From the NCBI RefSeq assembly GCF_006345805.1, contig NC_042997.1, positions 151,714,001 to 151,778,000 of the forward strand: 64,000 nt of DNA, read 5' to 3'. Position numbers and translations under genes: made by a program. Position 1 is the stretch's first letter, and each line of letters opens with the position of its first letter. The notes beneath the pieces were generated by a model, which saw nothing but the letters and a program-made list of their open reading frames with translations, did no database searches and was not told where the DNA came from. The stretch comes from Octopus sinensis (lineage: Eukaryota). Below are positions 1-12,049 of this stretch, piece after piece.

Positions 1-152
1 CTTCTCTAAAACTGCCTTCCAATAGTGTCGTGTTAGTTTCAGTTCCAGCAGTCAGAGCCGACCAGCTTTTTGGTGGTACAAGCTTTTGAACCAGGAGGAG
101 GGCGCGCTATGACCGAGACCGCTACCTGCCAATCAGCGATGCTGCTTAAGTG

Positions 153-660
153 TCAGCAAGTCTCACCTAGTGATGCTATTTCCCAGCCAGTATGTAATGG
201 CTTTCAAGCCACTTTCGGTCTTCTCGCGTCAGCCACATATAGAAGCTCGCTTTTTCGACTGCCTCCTGTATCCTCCCTATTACTTTCTCAGCTCTGAGCT
301 CGAAACTGCCAACCTTCTTTTGAATACGTTATCATTTTCTTTTCAATGAAGCCACTAGCGCCCACTGCCAGGTGTTAATACTCGACAGTCCATCCCTATT
401 CTCTGCACTCTTCGATTATTTTTTCGTACCTCTTCTCCTTCCGTTGCTCTGCATTGCCGATGTTTTCTTCCCATGGCACTGTCAGCTCTAGCAAAATTTC
501 AATTCTCTGTTCTATGTTCCATAGGATTAAGTCCAGTCTTTTCGTCGTTTTTATAAATGGAAATACTGTCAGTCTTTCCAAATCCGTGGCCAGCTCCCAA
601 TATCCCTTCAATCTTTCGTCTGTCTCGTATATTTTATTTGAAGGCCTGGCCTTGTGTCCT
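153..660 (-). mobile_element. 3' fragment of an RLE-type (Hero/R2-like) non-LTR retrotransposon; decayed restriction-like endonuclease domain
   Basis: Minus frame reads WELATDLERLTVFPFIKTTKRLDLILWNIEQRIEILLELTVPWEENIGNAEQRKEKRYEKIIEECRE*GWTVEY*HLAVGASGF...QEAVEKASFYMWLTRED. This matches the Hero-type RLE pattern (RPDxxLW...LELTVPWEE...RK..KY...GW...VGCRGF...EKAS.WLW). Two in-frame stops. The element probably extends beyond these limits. Confidence 0.8.
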
Positions 661-1042
661 TTTCCCTCCTATTGCGCTTTTCCACTTGTTCATTGTTCTC
701 GGTTTTGTTTATTTTTTGGGCTATTAGTCAAGTATATAGGCATTGATGTAGCGGATATCTTATATTTTGTCTTTCGGAGAACCTAGTTCACAAAGACTAA
801 CCAGATTTATGATAACAAACATATTGTGGAAAGTCCGAAACGTGAGTCCTAGGTTATCCATTTTCTCTGGCGTTCTTCTGGAGGCAAGACAAAATTTTTG
901 TAAATTCGCCGCCCGCACACGTCTTTGCCTTTGACATTCAATGAAGATTTATAATAGCATCGTCCGATTATCTACTATTATTTCCAGCATTGTTGGGGCA
1001 CTATTATTGTGCCACTATTTCCTATATATACATATATATATA

Positions 1043-2652
1043 CAGTTGCGGCCAAAATGTTCAGAACGGCATTGTTTTCGTCAGAAAAGTAGGTATAAGT
1101 TTTTATTAAAGTTGTTTTATATTCTATAATTTTCACACACAATAAATACAATATTAATTATTATTGTCTGAGAGGATAATACAAAAGTTATGGATGATTT
1201 AGTGATTTACTTTAAAACCCATGGCAGCCAAAAGTATCAGAACGGTTGAAAAAAATAACAAAATAATCAAAAATGACAGAGAATACTCGAATTGTTTAAT
1301 ATCTAGTGTGAAGCCCTTTAGCTTCAATCACACTTTGACATCTTCGACTGCATGAGGAAATTAAATTTTCAATTTCTTGCTGGGTGATCTTATTCCATTT
1401 TTCCCGCAGGGCATTCCATAATTGCTCGGTTGTTTTAGGATTTCTGGCTTTCGAACGTTCTCCTAGAATATTCCACACATTTTCAATAGGATTGAGATTT
1501 GGGTTTTGAGCAGGCCAATCCATAACAATAATCTTTTCAGCCTTGAGAAAGTTCATGACCACCTTAGCCTTGTGACATGGGGCATTGTCGTGCACGAATA
1601 TGGGCGGTCACTTAGTTGAATTTCTCAGCACAGGCAAGACATGATCTTTTACAAGTTGTTTATAAACACCTGCATTTACCTTTCCATGTAATCGCACCAA
1701 AGGGCCCACACCATCTCCAGATATCATCCCCCAAACCATGACACTTCCTCCACCAAATTTAACACTAGTCTTAAGGCATTTAGGCGACAATTTTTCACCT
1801 ACTTTTCGACGAACGAACCTTTTCCCATCTGTGAGCCAAATAACAAACTTAGATTCATCACGAAAATGCACCTTTTGCCATTTTTCTTGAGACCACAACA
1901 CATGTTCGGTTGCAAAGGTAAGACGACACTTTTTATTCTTGGAGCTGATCAGTTGCTTCACTGCAGGTGCTCTTGCTTGTAGGTCATATTCAACTAAACA
2001 ACGAGACAAAGTTTTTCGAGATAAGGTTTTCTTCGGTACAATGCTCATTTCCCGAGAAACAGCAGCAGCAGTTTTAAATCTGTCCTTTTTAACCAACTTT
2101 ACCATACCACGATCTTCTCTCTTGGTCGTTTTTCTTGGCCTACCTGTAGACTTTCTTGCTTCACATGAACCACAATCATCGTAGACCTTAAGAATACCGT
2201 GAACAACACTTTTTCACTTGTTAACAATCTTTGCAATAGAACCAATACTTAAATTATCCTTCTTTCGAAGCTTAATAATCTGCTGACGAATTGGTAACGA
2301 AGTAAGTGGCATTATATTAACAAAGTACACTGCAGATATTCTTACTAATGTTTAGTAAACTAACCGTCAGGTAAACAAATTCAAAACATTAGTTCACCGG
2401 TCAAATATACTAAAACACGGAGTAAAAGCAACCGTTCTGATACTTTTGGCTGCCATGGGTTTTGCAGTAAATCACTAAATCATCCATAACTTTAGTATTA
2501 TCTTCTCAAATTACACCAAAGTCTCAGACAATAACAATTAATATTGTATTTATTGTGTGTGAAAATTATAGAAACTAAAACAACTTTGATAAAAACTTAT
2601 ACCTACTTTTCTGACAAAAACAATGCCGTTTTGAACATTTTGGCCGCAACTG
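1043..2652 (-). mobile_element. Full-length Tc1-family DNA transposon (1610 bp) with long IR-DR terminal inverted repeats
   Basis: TA at 1041-1042 and 2653-2654. Left TIR 1043-1248 and right TIR 2429-2652 (CAGTTGCGGCCAAAATGTTCAGAACGG...). Each TIR has an inner direct repeat of the terminal motif (CATGGCAGCCAAAAGTATCAGAACGGTTG). The left TIR lacks one short segment present in the right. Confidence 0.97.
1296..2312 (-). pseudogene. Tc1 transposase, DD34E, 338 codons in one frame with two premature TGA stops
   Basis: ATG at 2312: MPLTSLPIRQQIIKLRKKDNLSIGSIAKIVNK*KSVVHGILK...STGRPRKTT (HTH, GRPR)...HFRDESKF...KFGGGSVMVWG...NSTK*PPIFVHDNAPCH...WPAQNPNLNPIENVW...AKGLHTRY*. ORF-track pieces 1608-2105 and 1296-1595 are in the same frame. 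34 residues lie between the second D and the E. Confidence 0.95.
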
Positions 2653-2662
2653 TATATATATA

Positions 2663-2905
2663 CATTGGGTTGGCAACTATGTTCCCGCCGATTTTTAAAT
2701 TAAAATTTTTTTTAAAGGTTTAATAAAAAATAACAGCTAATTAATCAACAATGCATTCACCCTTGTTGTTTACAATTTTTTCCCAACGTTCAACTAGATT
2801 TTCAATACCTCGTTGGTAGAAATCACCCGATTTCAACTCGAAAAATTGATCCAACCAAGCTCTCAATTCTGCATTAGTAATGAACGAAACTCCGCGCATA
2901 GCATT
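2663..2905 (-). mobile_element. 3' end of a mariner element (one TIR plus transposase C-terminus), truncated in a microsatellite
   Basis: TA followed by CATTGGGTTGGCAACT (mariner-type TIR). Minus frame 2905-2741 reads NAMRGVSFITNAELRAWLDQFFELKSGDFYQRGIENLVERWEKIVNNKGECIVD*. Confidence 0.9.
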
Positions 2906-3066
2906 TACACACATATATTTACACACACACATACACACACAAACATAATATATAATATATATATTTACACACACACACATATTATATATATATTTACACA
3001 CACACACACACATATATATATATAATATATATATATTAGTATATATATATATATTATATATATATA

Positions 3067-3565
3067 AAATATTACATTATATAATTAGGGCTTAGTAAAA
3101 TAAATTACTTTGCCACATACTGAACTTAGTAGAAATAGCAGCCAAAAAAATTTTCTTAGCATTTCTACTACTTAAAGAAAATTTCTCTCAGATAATGTTT
3201 ACTCCAGACAGCTCATATATATACATTTATATATAATATATAATATATATATATATACATATATATACATTTATATATATATATATATACATATTTATAT
3301 ATACATATATATATATTTATGTATATGTATGTAGGTGTGTGTATGTATATATGTTGTACGTATGTATGTATGTAATTTATGTATGTATGTATGTATGTAT
3401 GTATGTATGGTATGTATGTGAGCTGTCTGAGTAAACATTATCTGAGAGAAATTTTCTTTAGTAGTAGAAATGCTAAGAAAATTTTTTTGGGCTGCTATTT
3501 CTACTAAGTTCAGTATGTGGCAAAGTAATTTATTTTACTAAGCCTAATTATATAATGTAATATTT
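3067..3565. repeat. ~148-bp inverted repeat pair (3067-3215 / 3419-3565) around a TA/TATG microsatellite
   Basis: Direct comparison of the arms shows only four single-base indels and no substitutions that I could see. Confidence 0.95.
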
Positions 3566-3651
3566 GAATTCGCCTTAAATGGTCCTTTTACATACTGAAC
3601 ACTTGGTGAAATTGATTATTAATTATTTTACCCCCATTCAATTGTTGTTAT

Positions 3652-3721
<70 letters not shown>

Positions 3722-3732
3722 CCTATATATAC

Positions 3733-3778
<46 letters not shown>

Positions 3779-4639
3779 TATATCTACATTATATATATAT
3801 CATATATACATATTTCATATATATATATCTATATTTATGTATATGTATGTATGTGTGTGTATGTATATATGTTTGTACGTATGTATGTATGTATGTATGT
3901 ATGTATGTATGTATGTATGTATGTATGTATGGTATGTATGTATAGATGTATAGATGTATATAAGAACTGAATCTGAATTTCTCTATAAAATTCCTCAGAC
4001 TTCTATAAAATTTTTTTATGCTAAAAATATACAATAATGTGAATAGAAAACTGAAATATTTAAATACCATAATCTTTTGCAGAGTTGTTTCTTATCAATA
4101 ATAAGTGTGTAACAGTGAAGTACACGTCATATTCAAACAGTTGTACTGACAAATCCATTTTGAAGAAAACATATCAAATTAAAATACGTGATACTAAATA
4201 TATTGGATTATATAATAGATTGAATATTTTTTTTTTATTGAATAAAGTTTAAACTATGTTAAAATAAATTCTAAGTAATGTAAAATACAAGAGTACTTCT
4301 TATGGAATAGTTCTTGAGTATGTAACCATGTAGTCTGCAACAGGATGTTGAAAGACAAGATTTAATAACGTTAACTTCCGTAAAATAGACACAATAAAAC
4401 TTAATAAATCGATGTTTATGGAAAAAATGTTCAGTTGAATAAGTATATAAATATAATTCATTGTGAGATATTAATTGAATCTAAGATTAAACAATTAAAT
4501 GAATGTGTTAAGTGATGGAACTCTACAGAGTCTAAATTCTGGGATTTATATTACTAAATTCAAAATCTATAATAATTATAAGATCCATTAGTGTCCCGGA
4601 AAATGCATTGTTGCTGATAGAGAACTTGAAATATATGTT

Positions 4640-5330
4640 AAATATGTTTAAGTCTGGATGAATATGAACATTCGAGGATATACAGTTTAGTAGAACTGCA
4701 TTCATTTATTAGATATTATGGTACGTGTATTGTCTCTAAGTCATTATCTATTTCGAATACAATTAGTCAGAGGTGATTTTTTATGTACTAAGAATCTTGT
4801 GAATGTAGATATAAAATATGTCGGTTACGGTGTTGGGTATTGGAGACTAGAATTCCATTATATCTGGAGGTGCACGGGTGATATTGTTTCCTGTTTTTTT
4901 AATGTGTACGTTTTTGAGAAGAATAGAATATTATATTTTTATACTATAATATAAAGGGTATTGGATAAGTTTAAATTTCAGATGTGAGTCGAAAATGTGA
5001 TGCTGCCTTTTGCATCTGGATTTCTAATAGTGTGTATATGTTAATACATTTTTTTTTATTTGAATTTACTTTTAATCCCTTGTATGAAATTGAAATAAAG
5101 TTTGTGAAGAACGTGGAGAAATAAGTAAATTCTTTAGATTCACGATATTCTTCAAGGAGAAAACTTTTGGTGTTTGTATAATTAGAATTAGACCTTGTTA
5201 TTAATTCCGGTGGATTAAAGTTTGTTACTGTTTGATTAATGGATTATTGGATTTTTATTTGTTTCATAGTGATATTTTGATGTTGGAGTTGTGGAAGAAA
5301 ATATTTCAGGAAGATTTTGAAACAAGTTTA
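4640..5330 (-). mobile_element. Highly decayed Penelope-like element (GIY-YIG endonuclease end)
   Basis: Minus frame near 5023-4900 reads NPDAKGSITFSTHI*NLNLSNTLYIIV*KYNIL, resembling the PLE motif xSTxLSxHIWxLK...YxIxWxIL. Otherwise heavily frameshifted; boundaries approximate. Confidence 0.4.
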
Positions 5331-6782
5331 GCTACGATTATTGGTACTTACAAGGTGAAAAGCAAACCACATTGCAGATTATATAACTTTTTAAGCAAAA
5401 AAAAAAAAAAGTTGAATTAGCGTAGATTATACTTATCTGTGTAGTTATGTTTTGCTAAGTGCTCTCTACTATTCGATGTTCATACGCATTCACTTAATGA
5501 CAGATTCAAGATTCATAACTATATGTTTTAAATAAAACTATTAATGATATTATTGAAGGAATAGATAATATCTGAGTAAATGGAAGGTTTTATTTTTTTC
5601 TTTCATTTTGTTTTATTTTACGTAAGATGTATATTAAGTGTTGTCAAGGTTAACTGTAACATTTACAAAATTTAGATTTTTAGCTAAGCAACAAGTACAA
5701 TTAGAAAAAAACAGTCTTGAAAAAATTCTAAAGTTTATTGCTGGAATATATCAGTCATAAATAATTAGATCAGAGAAAAATTGATGGTAAAAATTATATC
5801 AGTAATAAATTAATCGATCAAAAACTAAAATTTACAACTTTACGCGAGCTTCAAGTATAATTGGCAATTATTATTTTTTTAAATATGTGAAGTTTTTTGC
5901 GGAACCTATAAGTAATAAATAATTCGATCAGTGTAATAAATGAATAGTAAAAACATATCAGTAATATACGGATCGATCGGAATAGATATGAAATGATTTG
6001 ATTATTGATTTTATTTTCTTGGAAATAAGTTGATTAATCTACCAATATTGATATAAACTACGATAATGTATAAAAGTTTATAAGTAATTAAAATTGTTTT
6101 AATTAATTAAAATACAAATATGAATAAAACAGCTAAATTTTTTAAAACAGCTAAATTACCCCATAGATATCTAGCTTTGCATTATATAATTTTTAATTAA
6201 TAAAAATTGCAATCATTTTAAACTTATAAGATGTTATATATCCTGTTAAATCCGCTCGACCTTAGCTTTATTTAATTATATAACATGTATTGATAATATT
6301 TACCAATATTTGTTACTACTACAGGCACAAGGTCTGAATTTTAGGAAGAAGCGGCTAATTAATTACATCGACCTCAGTGTTCCACTGATAGTTATCTTAT
6401 GAAACCGAAAGACTGAAATATGAATTCAAACTTGGTTGAATTTGACCTCTGTATATAAAGAAGGACGGAATGTCCCTAATTATTTAGTCCGAAGTGATAG
6501 CTTTCCTACCAGCTCAATACCCTATATTATTTATGAATGATAACTTTAGAAAGGAAAATTTCCATTTCCGAATAATAATAGGATTTATAACAATATAAAC
6601 CGATAATACAGTTATCCTAGCATATATACATCAAATATTCACTAAATAACCACTCAACATTTCCTAACCTTTAGTCACTTTCAAACGTGACACGGAGAGC
6701 TGCAACGGTGACTACTAAACTGTGACCAGCAGGAAGAGATACACCAGGCTTTCTACTGCGTCCGCACACCTGGATTCATCTT

Positions 6783-7102
6783 CACATCTTTGAACAGGGT
6801 ATTAGGTTCAATTCAGACGGCTACGTTAAGCTGATGTAGACTGTCATCAATACTCGGCTGGAAAGGGTTACTGCTAGAAGGCCATATGTGTGGCAGTAAG
6901 ATTTGGCTCCTTGCCATTACCTGGTTTCCTAATTTCTCCAATTGTAATCTCATGCATTATTATGTGAAATAGCAAGGCAGAGCTAGTAACCAAGATGAAG
7001 GTGTTCGAAGATTTTACAATGGTCATAATGAGAAAAGCATGCGTCAGATTCCGAGGCTGTCTTGAGGCTACAGTAGAAGCTGAGAACAACTACTTTGAGT
7101 AA
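6783..7102 (+). mobile_element. Decayed Tc1/mariner-superfamily transposase C-terminal part (DD37D/maT-like)
   Basis: HIFEQGIRFNSDGYVKLM*TVINTRLERVTARRPYVWQ*DLAPCH...WFPNFSNCNLMHYYV...LVTKMKVFEDFTMVIMRKACVRFRGCLEATVEAENNYFE*, with an internal deletion and frameshifts. Confidence 0.75.
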
Positions 7103-7305
7103 CCTGTTACTTCCCAGTCATTACCTAGTCGATATCATTTTTCTTCCATTTTTTTTTTCTTTTATAGATATTTTTATACTTGGATGGAATATTGAGCTTT
7201 CGTTTCTTTTTATGCAAGCTATTACATTTAGTCTGTACATTCTGTATGTTTTGCCAAAAGTATCGCTTCATTCATTACACTAATCTCATCAATCTGTAAC
7301 GTGTC

Positions 7306-7520
7306 GAAGAAGAAGTAGAAGAAGAAGAAGAAGAAGAAGAAGAAGAAGAAGAAATAATAAGAAGAAGAAGAAGAAGTAGAAGAAGAAGAAGAAGAAGAAG
7401 AAGAATAAGAAGAGAGAAGAAGAAAAGAAGAAGAAAAGAAAAGAATAAGAAGAAGAAGAAAAGAAGAAGAAGACGAATAAGAAAGAAGGAAGAAGAAGAA
7501 GAAGAAGAAGAAGAAGAAGA
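7306..7520 (+). repeat. Imperfect (GAA)n polypurine tract
   Basis: Direct reading. Confidence 0.97.
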
Positions 7521-7728
7521 TATTCCAACAAAACCACTGGTGCTATCTGAGCTTTAGATCTGCGGTTTTAATTAGATAAAATTTGTTAATCAATTATACA
7601 TTAATGCAGTAGCTTCAGCTTTTTTTTTTTATATCAGTAAATATTTTATAGGCAAGGACCTACAAATGAAAAACTAAACTATGTAACTACGTCGAGTGGC
7701 GAATTCGTTATGTTTGAGGTACAATACC

Positions 7729-7960
7729 TATTTCTTTACTACCCACAAGGGGCTAAACAGAGAGGGAACGAACAAGTACAAACATAGGTATTAAGTCGAT
7801 TACATCGATCCCAGTGAGTAACTGATACTTAATTTATCGACCCCAAAAGGATGAAAGGCAAAGTTGACCTCGGCGGAATTTGAACTCAGAACGTAACGGC
7901 AGACGAAATACCGCGAAGCATTTCGGCCAGCGTGCTAACGTTTCTGCCTGCTCGCCGCCT
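7729..7960 (-). mobile_element. tRNA-derived SINE, family A (working label), full length with target-site duplication
   Basis: Minus strand begins GGCGGCGAGCAGGCAGAAACGTTAGC (A-box region), has B box GAGTTCAAATTCC and tail AGTAAAGAAATA. TSD TGTTTGAGGTAC(C)AATACC at 7711-7728 and 7962-7980. Confidence 0.9.
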
Positions 7961-8024
7961 TTGTTTGAGGTACCAATACCTTTCATTTATACAGCCTCAA
8001 CTGTTTTTAACGTGATGACTACGA

Positions 8025-8032
8025 TGTGATGG

Positions 8033-8075
<43 letters not shown>

Positions 8076-9060
8076 TGCCGACGACGATGATGATGATCAT
8101 GATGATGAGCATGATGATCATGACGACGACGACGGCGGTAGCGGTGGTGGTGATGACGATGAAGACGATGAAGAGAAGGAAGTTGATCATGTGATGATTT
8201 ATGAAAATGAGGATGGTATCAGTGATGACTATGATTAACACACACGACGATACTAATCATGGTGATGATAATCTTTATAATAACTGGTTTTATTGTTTCT
8301 TAGCTCCAGATCAAAACGTTATCGAGTGGATCTCTGATCAAAGACATTCCAGCCGAAAATCATACACCCGCCTGGGGAGTATCTTAGACTGTATCATCAA
8401 ATAGGTTCCTTGTTTTCTAATAGGCAGTCTGTGATTTTCAGGAATCTCGTTGGTGTTTCCAACAGGTCTGAAGCAGCAGTGGCTTTTAATGACGAAAATA
8501 ATGGTAGTAATGGTTGCCATTTAGAAGATAGTGGTGGTAGTGGTGGTGGTGGTGGTGGTGGTGGTGGTGGTCATCGTTGTCGTCGTGGTGAGAGTATTAA
8601 TTGTGGTGGGTGGGAGTATTAATTGTGTGTTGTTGTTGTTTTGGTGGTGGTGGTGGTGCTGCTGGGGGATGAGGTGTTAATTGTAGCGGTGAAGTCGGTG
8701 GTCGTCGTCGTCGTTGTCTTCGTGGACGTCGTCGTAGCTATAGTGGGGGTGGGGGGTAATAATTATGTGATGGTGGTTTTGGTGGTGGTGGTGTTGGGGA
8801 TGGGGCGTTAGTGGTGTGGGGTTAGTAGCAGTGGTGGGGTGGAGGAATGGGTGGTGATGGTAGGCGTTGCGGTGAGGGTGGTGGTGGTCGTCGTAGCTGT
8901 GGTGAGGTGGGGGTATTAATAGTGTGCTGATGGTGGTGGTGGCGGTGGTGTTATGATGTGGTGGTAATTGGTGGTAGTCGTTGTTATGGCCATGGTCGCA
9001 GTCATTGTCGCAGCCGATATGGTCGTGATGGCAGCGCCGATAATGGCGACAACGATGGTG
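8025..9060 (+). repeat. Compound trinucleotide low-complexity region ((GAT)n, (GAC)n, (GGT)n, (GTC)n)
   Basis: Direct reading; it accounts for the poly-M/D/H/V/G ORFs in the track. Confidence 0.9.
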
Positions 9061-9396
9061 AAACAAAGAATCAGAAGAATGCAGAAGGGAGGAAGGAACA
9101 GACAGGAGTGGAAAATGGGATGGCTAAAGATGATGATGGAACTGATGATATCGAGGTGGAGGGAGGGGATGTTGATAACTTCAGTGACGCCTACAAGGAC
9201 GTTGGCGTTAGCAACCAGTGAGCAACAATTTTCTTATTACCGAATATGACGAATGGAGATTATTATAACATGTTGATCCTATTGAGAATAAAAGCATAAA
9301 TCCATGCTTTTTATTGTGTGCTTATATGCGTAAGTGCGTATGTAGATACATGCAGACATGTACACGTGTGTGTGCATATTAGAGACTTTTAAGCAT

Positions 9397-9425
9397 GGTA
9401 GATGGAAACTGAAAGAAGCCCTTCG

Positions 9426-9470
<45 letters not shown>

Positions 9471-9709
9471 ACACAGGGACGTAAACACACCAGCTTCGGT
9501 TGTCACAAACATATACACAGATACATACATATATATATGTATATAAATACGCACACACACACACACAAATATATGTGTGTGTGTATATTTGTGACAACTG
9601 ACGCTGGTGTGTTTACGCTCCCGTAACTTCGCGGTTCGGTAAGAGACCGATAGAATAAGTAATCTAGGCTTACAAAGAATTAGTCCTGGGATCGATTTGT
9701 TCGACTAAA
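9397..9709 (+). mobile_element. SINE family B (microsatellite-containing), 5'-truncated, with an internal inverted copy of part of its own body
   Basis: GGAAACTGAAAGAAGCCC-(TA)n ... GCTGGTGTGTTTACG ... GAGACCGATAGAATAAGTA ... TCGACTAAA. Inverted arms at 9476-9509 and 9588-9622. Confidence 0.85.
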
Positions 9710-9721
9710 TGTGAAGACAAC

Positions 9722-10003
9722 TTCACCGATTTTTGGCCTGTCAACTTTTGGTCTTCTTCCAGCCTAGACTTGAAACCTCTGGATTATGCCGTATGAGGAA
9801 AATCGGAGCGCTCTACTAACTGCACTTCGCATCTAAGTTTTGATCATCTTAAGCAAGTCCTGAGGGAAGAGCTGGACAGCATGTTAGAACATGAGGGAAG
9901 GGTTGGACAACATGTGGGAAGAGTTGGACAGTATGAAGAGTTGCGACGCCTTCAGGCAGCGTGCGAAGGCTGTAGTGGACAATGAAGGCGGACATATGAA
10001 TAA
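9722..10003 (+). mobile_element. Decayed Tc1/mariner-superfamily transposase C-terminus (DD37D/maT-like)
   Basis: FTDFWPVNFWSSSSLDLKPLDYAV*GKSERSTNCTSH...CDAFRQRAKAVVDNEGGHMNK-like end; compare WPPNSPDLNPLDYxVW...C.xFRxRxEAVxxxEGG. Confidence 0.7.
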
Positions 10004-10422
10004 GTTGTCTCTTTATATCTCTATAAAGTTGTGTTAAGATTATATTTATGTCAAGTTGCTGGTTGTTGTGAAATAAACAATTTGGTGAATTATCTATTAT
10101 TTTCCAAGTTTTGCTTCCCCGTTCTGTATGTAGGTCTGTGTCTGTGTATGTGTGTTGTTTTGCTTTTTTGTATATTGTGGTGGGTGTGTATATGTGTGCG
10201 TTTTCGAGGGTTTGGGGCTTCGTTTTGTGTGTATGTGGGGGGGGGGCAGATCCTTAAGTATTGATTAATAGTGGGTGTTTAGATATTTAGTTGTGGTTTA
10301 AATTAGTTTAAAAAATTAGGTGTGTATGTGTTTATTTGCTTTTTGTAGTGTGTGCGTGTGTATTTTAGTGGTGTATTTGTGGGTGAATGTATTCCTGCTT
10401 TTATGTTTTTTCCTTGTGTATA

Positions 10423-10469
<47 letters not shown>

Positions 10470-10720
10470 TTAATTAAAATGCAGCAGAAATATCACCATA
10501 TTCCCGTTCGTCGGACAGTTTTGTTTAGAATGGAGCACAATAAAATTATATGCTGAAATACAATTACTTTGATAGATACACATTTGAAAATGGTTTTGTT
10601 TCATTGGGTCTTTCAACTAACGGTCGTTACGATAACCGATTGCATGAAATGATAATTGCAGTTTAAAATTATATTATTATAAAATTGAAGAAAAGCTTAA
10701 ATCAAAAATAGCTTTTGTAC

Positions 10721-11690
10721 AAGGGAAAATGCCTGAATACTCAGGGTAAATAATTAGTTGTAAAAATATTAATAAATTAAAAGATATATCCGTTTAAAAA
10801 ACTTTCACGCTGAAATACATATACATTTAGCGATACATACACATAAAAAACAATCAATAATATACATATATACACTAAACATACAGACGTAGGTACATGG
10901 CTCCATACATATACAGATATTTATAGGCAAAGCATAAATATATACAAATGTATGCAGGCATTTACACGCATGCGCATAAAACCTCCTGGTGTATATTTCG
11001 ACAATTTCGTTGTTACAAGCGAAAGAAAGAAAAGGAAAAAATCAGAGAATAACAAGTGTGGAGAGAAAGAAAAAGGGAAAGGAAGAAAAGAAATAAAAGA
11101 AAAAGAAACAGAAAGGGAAAATAGATAGTGGTAAAGAGAGTGAAATGATTGGCGTTCTTATATGTATCTAGCGAAAGTTAGATCCTTCGTTCAGCTTGCG
11201 AAACGCACACATAAATTGGCATGCATATCTACATAAATCTACTTTCATACGTGCATTTGTATATATTTGTGTTTTGCCTATATTTCTATATATATATATT
11301 ACCTCCCTTTATTTATCTACTTGTGAAGTCATTCACTCGTGAATTTCATCACACACAACATGGACAAAATTTGTTCTTAAGAAAAAATATATATTCAAAT
11401 AAGTAAAACATAATATCATAGCGAAACCGGTCGATGTATTAAAAATGATATTAAAACTATGTAAGTGTGCGTATTTTCCTTTTTTAATTTCTTATATATA
11501 TATGTAGTCATGTACCTACGCTTGTATGTTTAGTGTATATACGCATATTATAGATTGATTTGGTATGTGTATGTATTGCCAAATGGATATGTATTTCAGC
11601 GTGAAAGTTTTTTTAAGCGGATATATCTTTTAATTTATTAATATTTTTTCAACTAATTATTTACCCTGAGTATTCAGGCCTTTTTCCTTT
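10721..11690. mobile_element. Non-coding fold-back element with ~165-bp diverged terminal inverted repeats
   Basis: 10721-10886 is the reverse complement of 11521-11690 (GCCTGAATACTCAGGGTAAATAATTAGTTG...CACTAAACATAC) with scattered substitutions. No clear TSD. Confidence 0.8.
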
Positions 11691-12049
11691 TTTGATTTCG
11701 GTTTTTAGAACTCTACTATCCTCCATTAGGGCCTCCCCTCCTCTCGCACCGCTTCGTCTTTTACTATTATTATTTGTACCTCTTTCACAGTGCCGAAACA
11801 TACTAAGGTCGGAAATTTGCTCTCCCCACAACATATTTCATTATCATCCTCATCATTTGCCTCCGGACAATTGACTAGTTATCTCTTTAATAGATATTTT
11901 CACTTTCTCCGACTAATGCTGATGTATGTTTAAATACATCGTCTACAATCGGACGAATTTTGGTAACATGGTTCTGCTTCTACTGGCTGATACACCGCCA
12001 GCATATGACTAGATAAACCGTTTTGCTACATGCAGCATTGCCCACTGTA

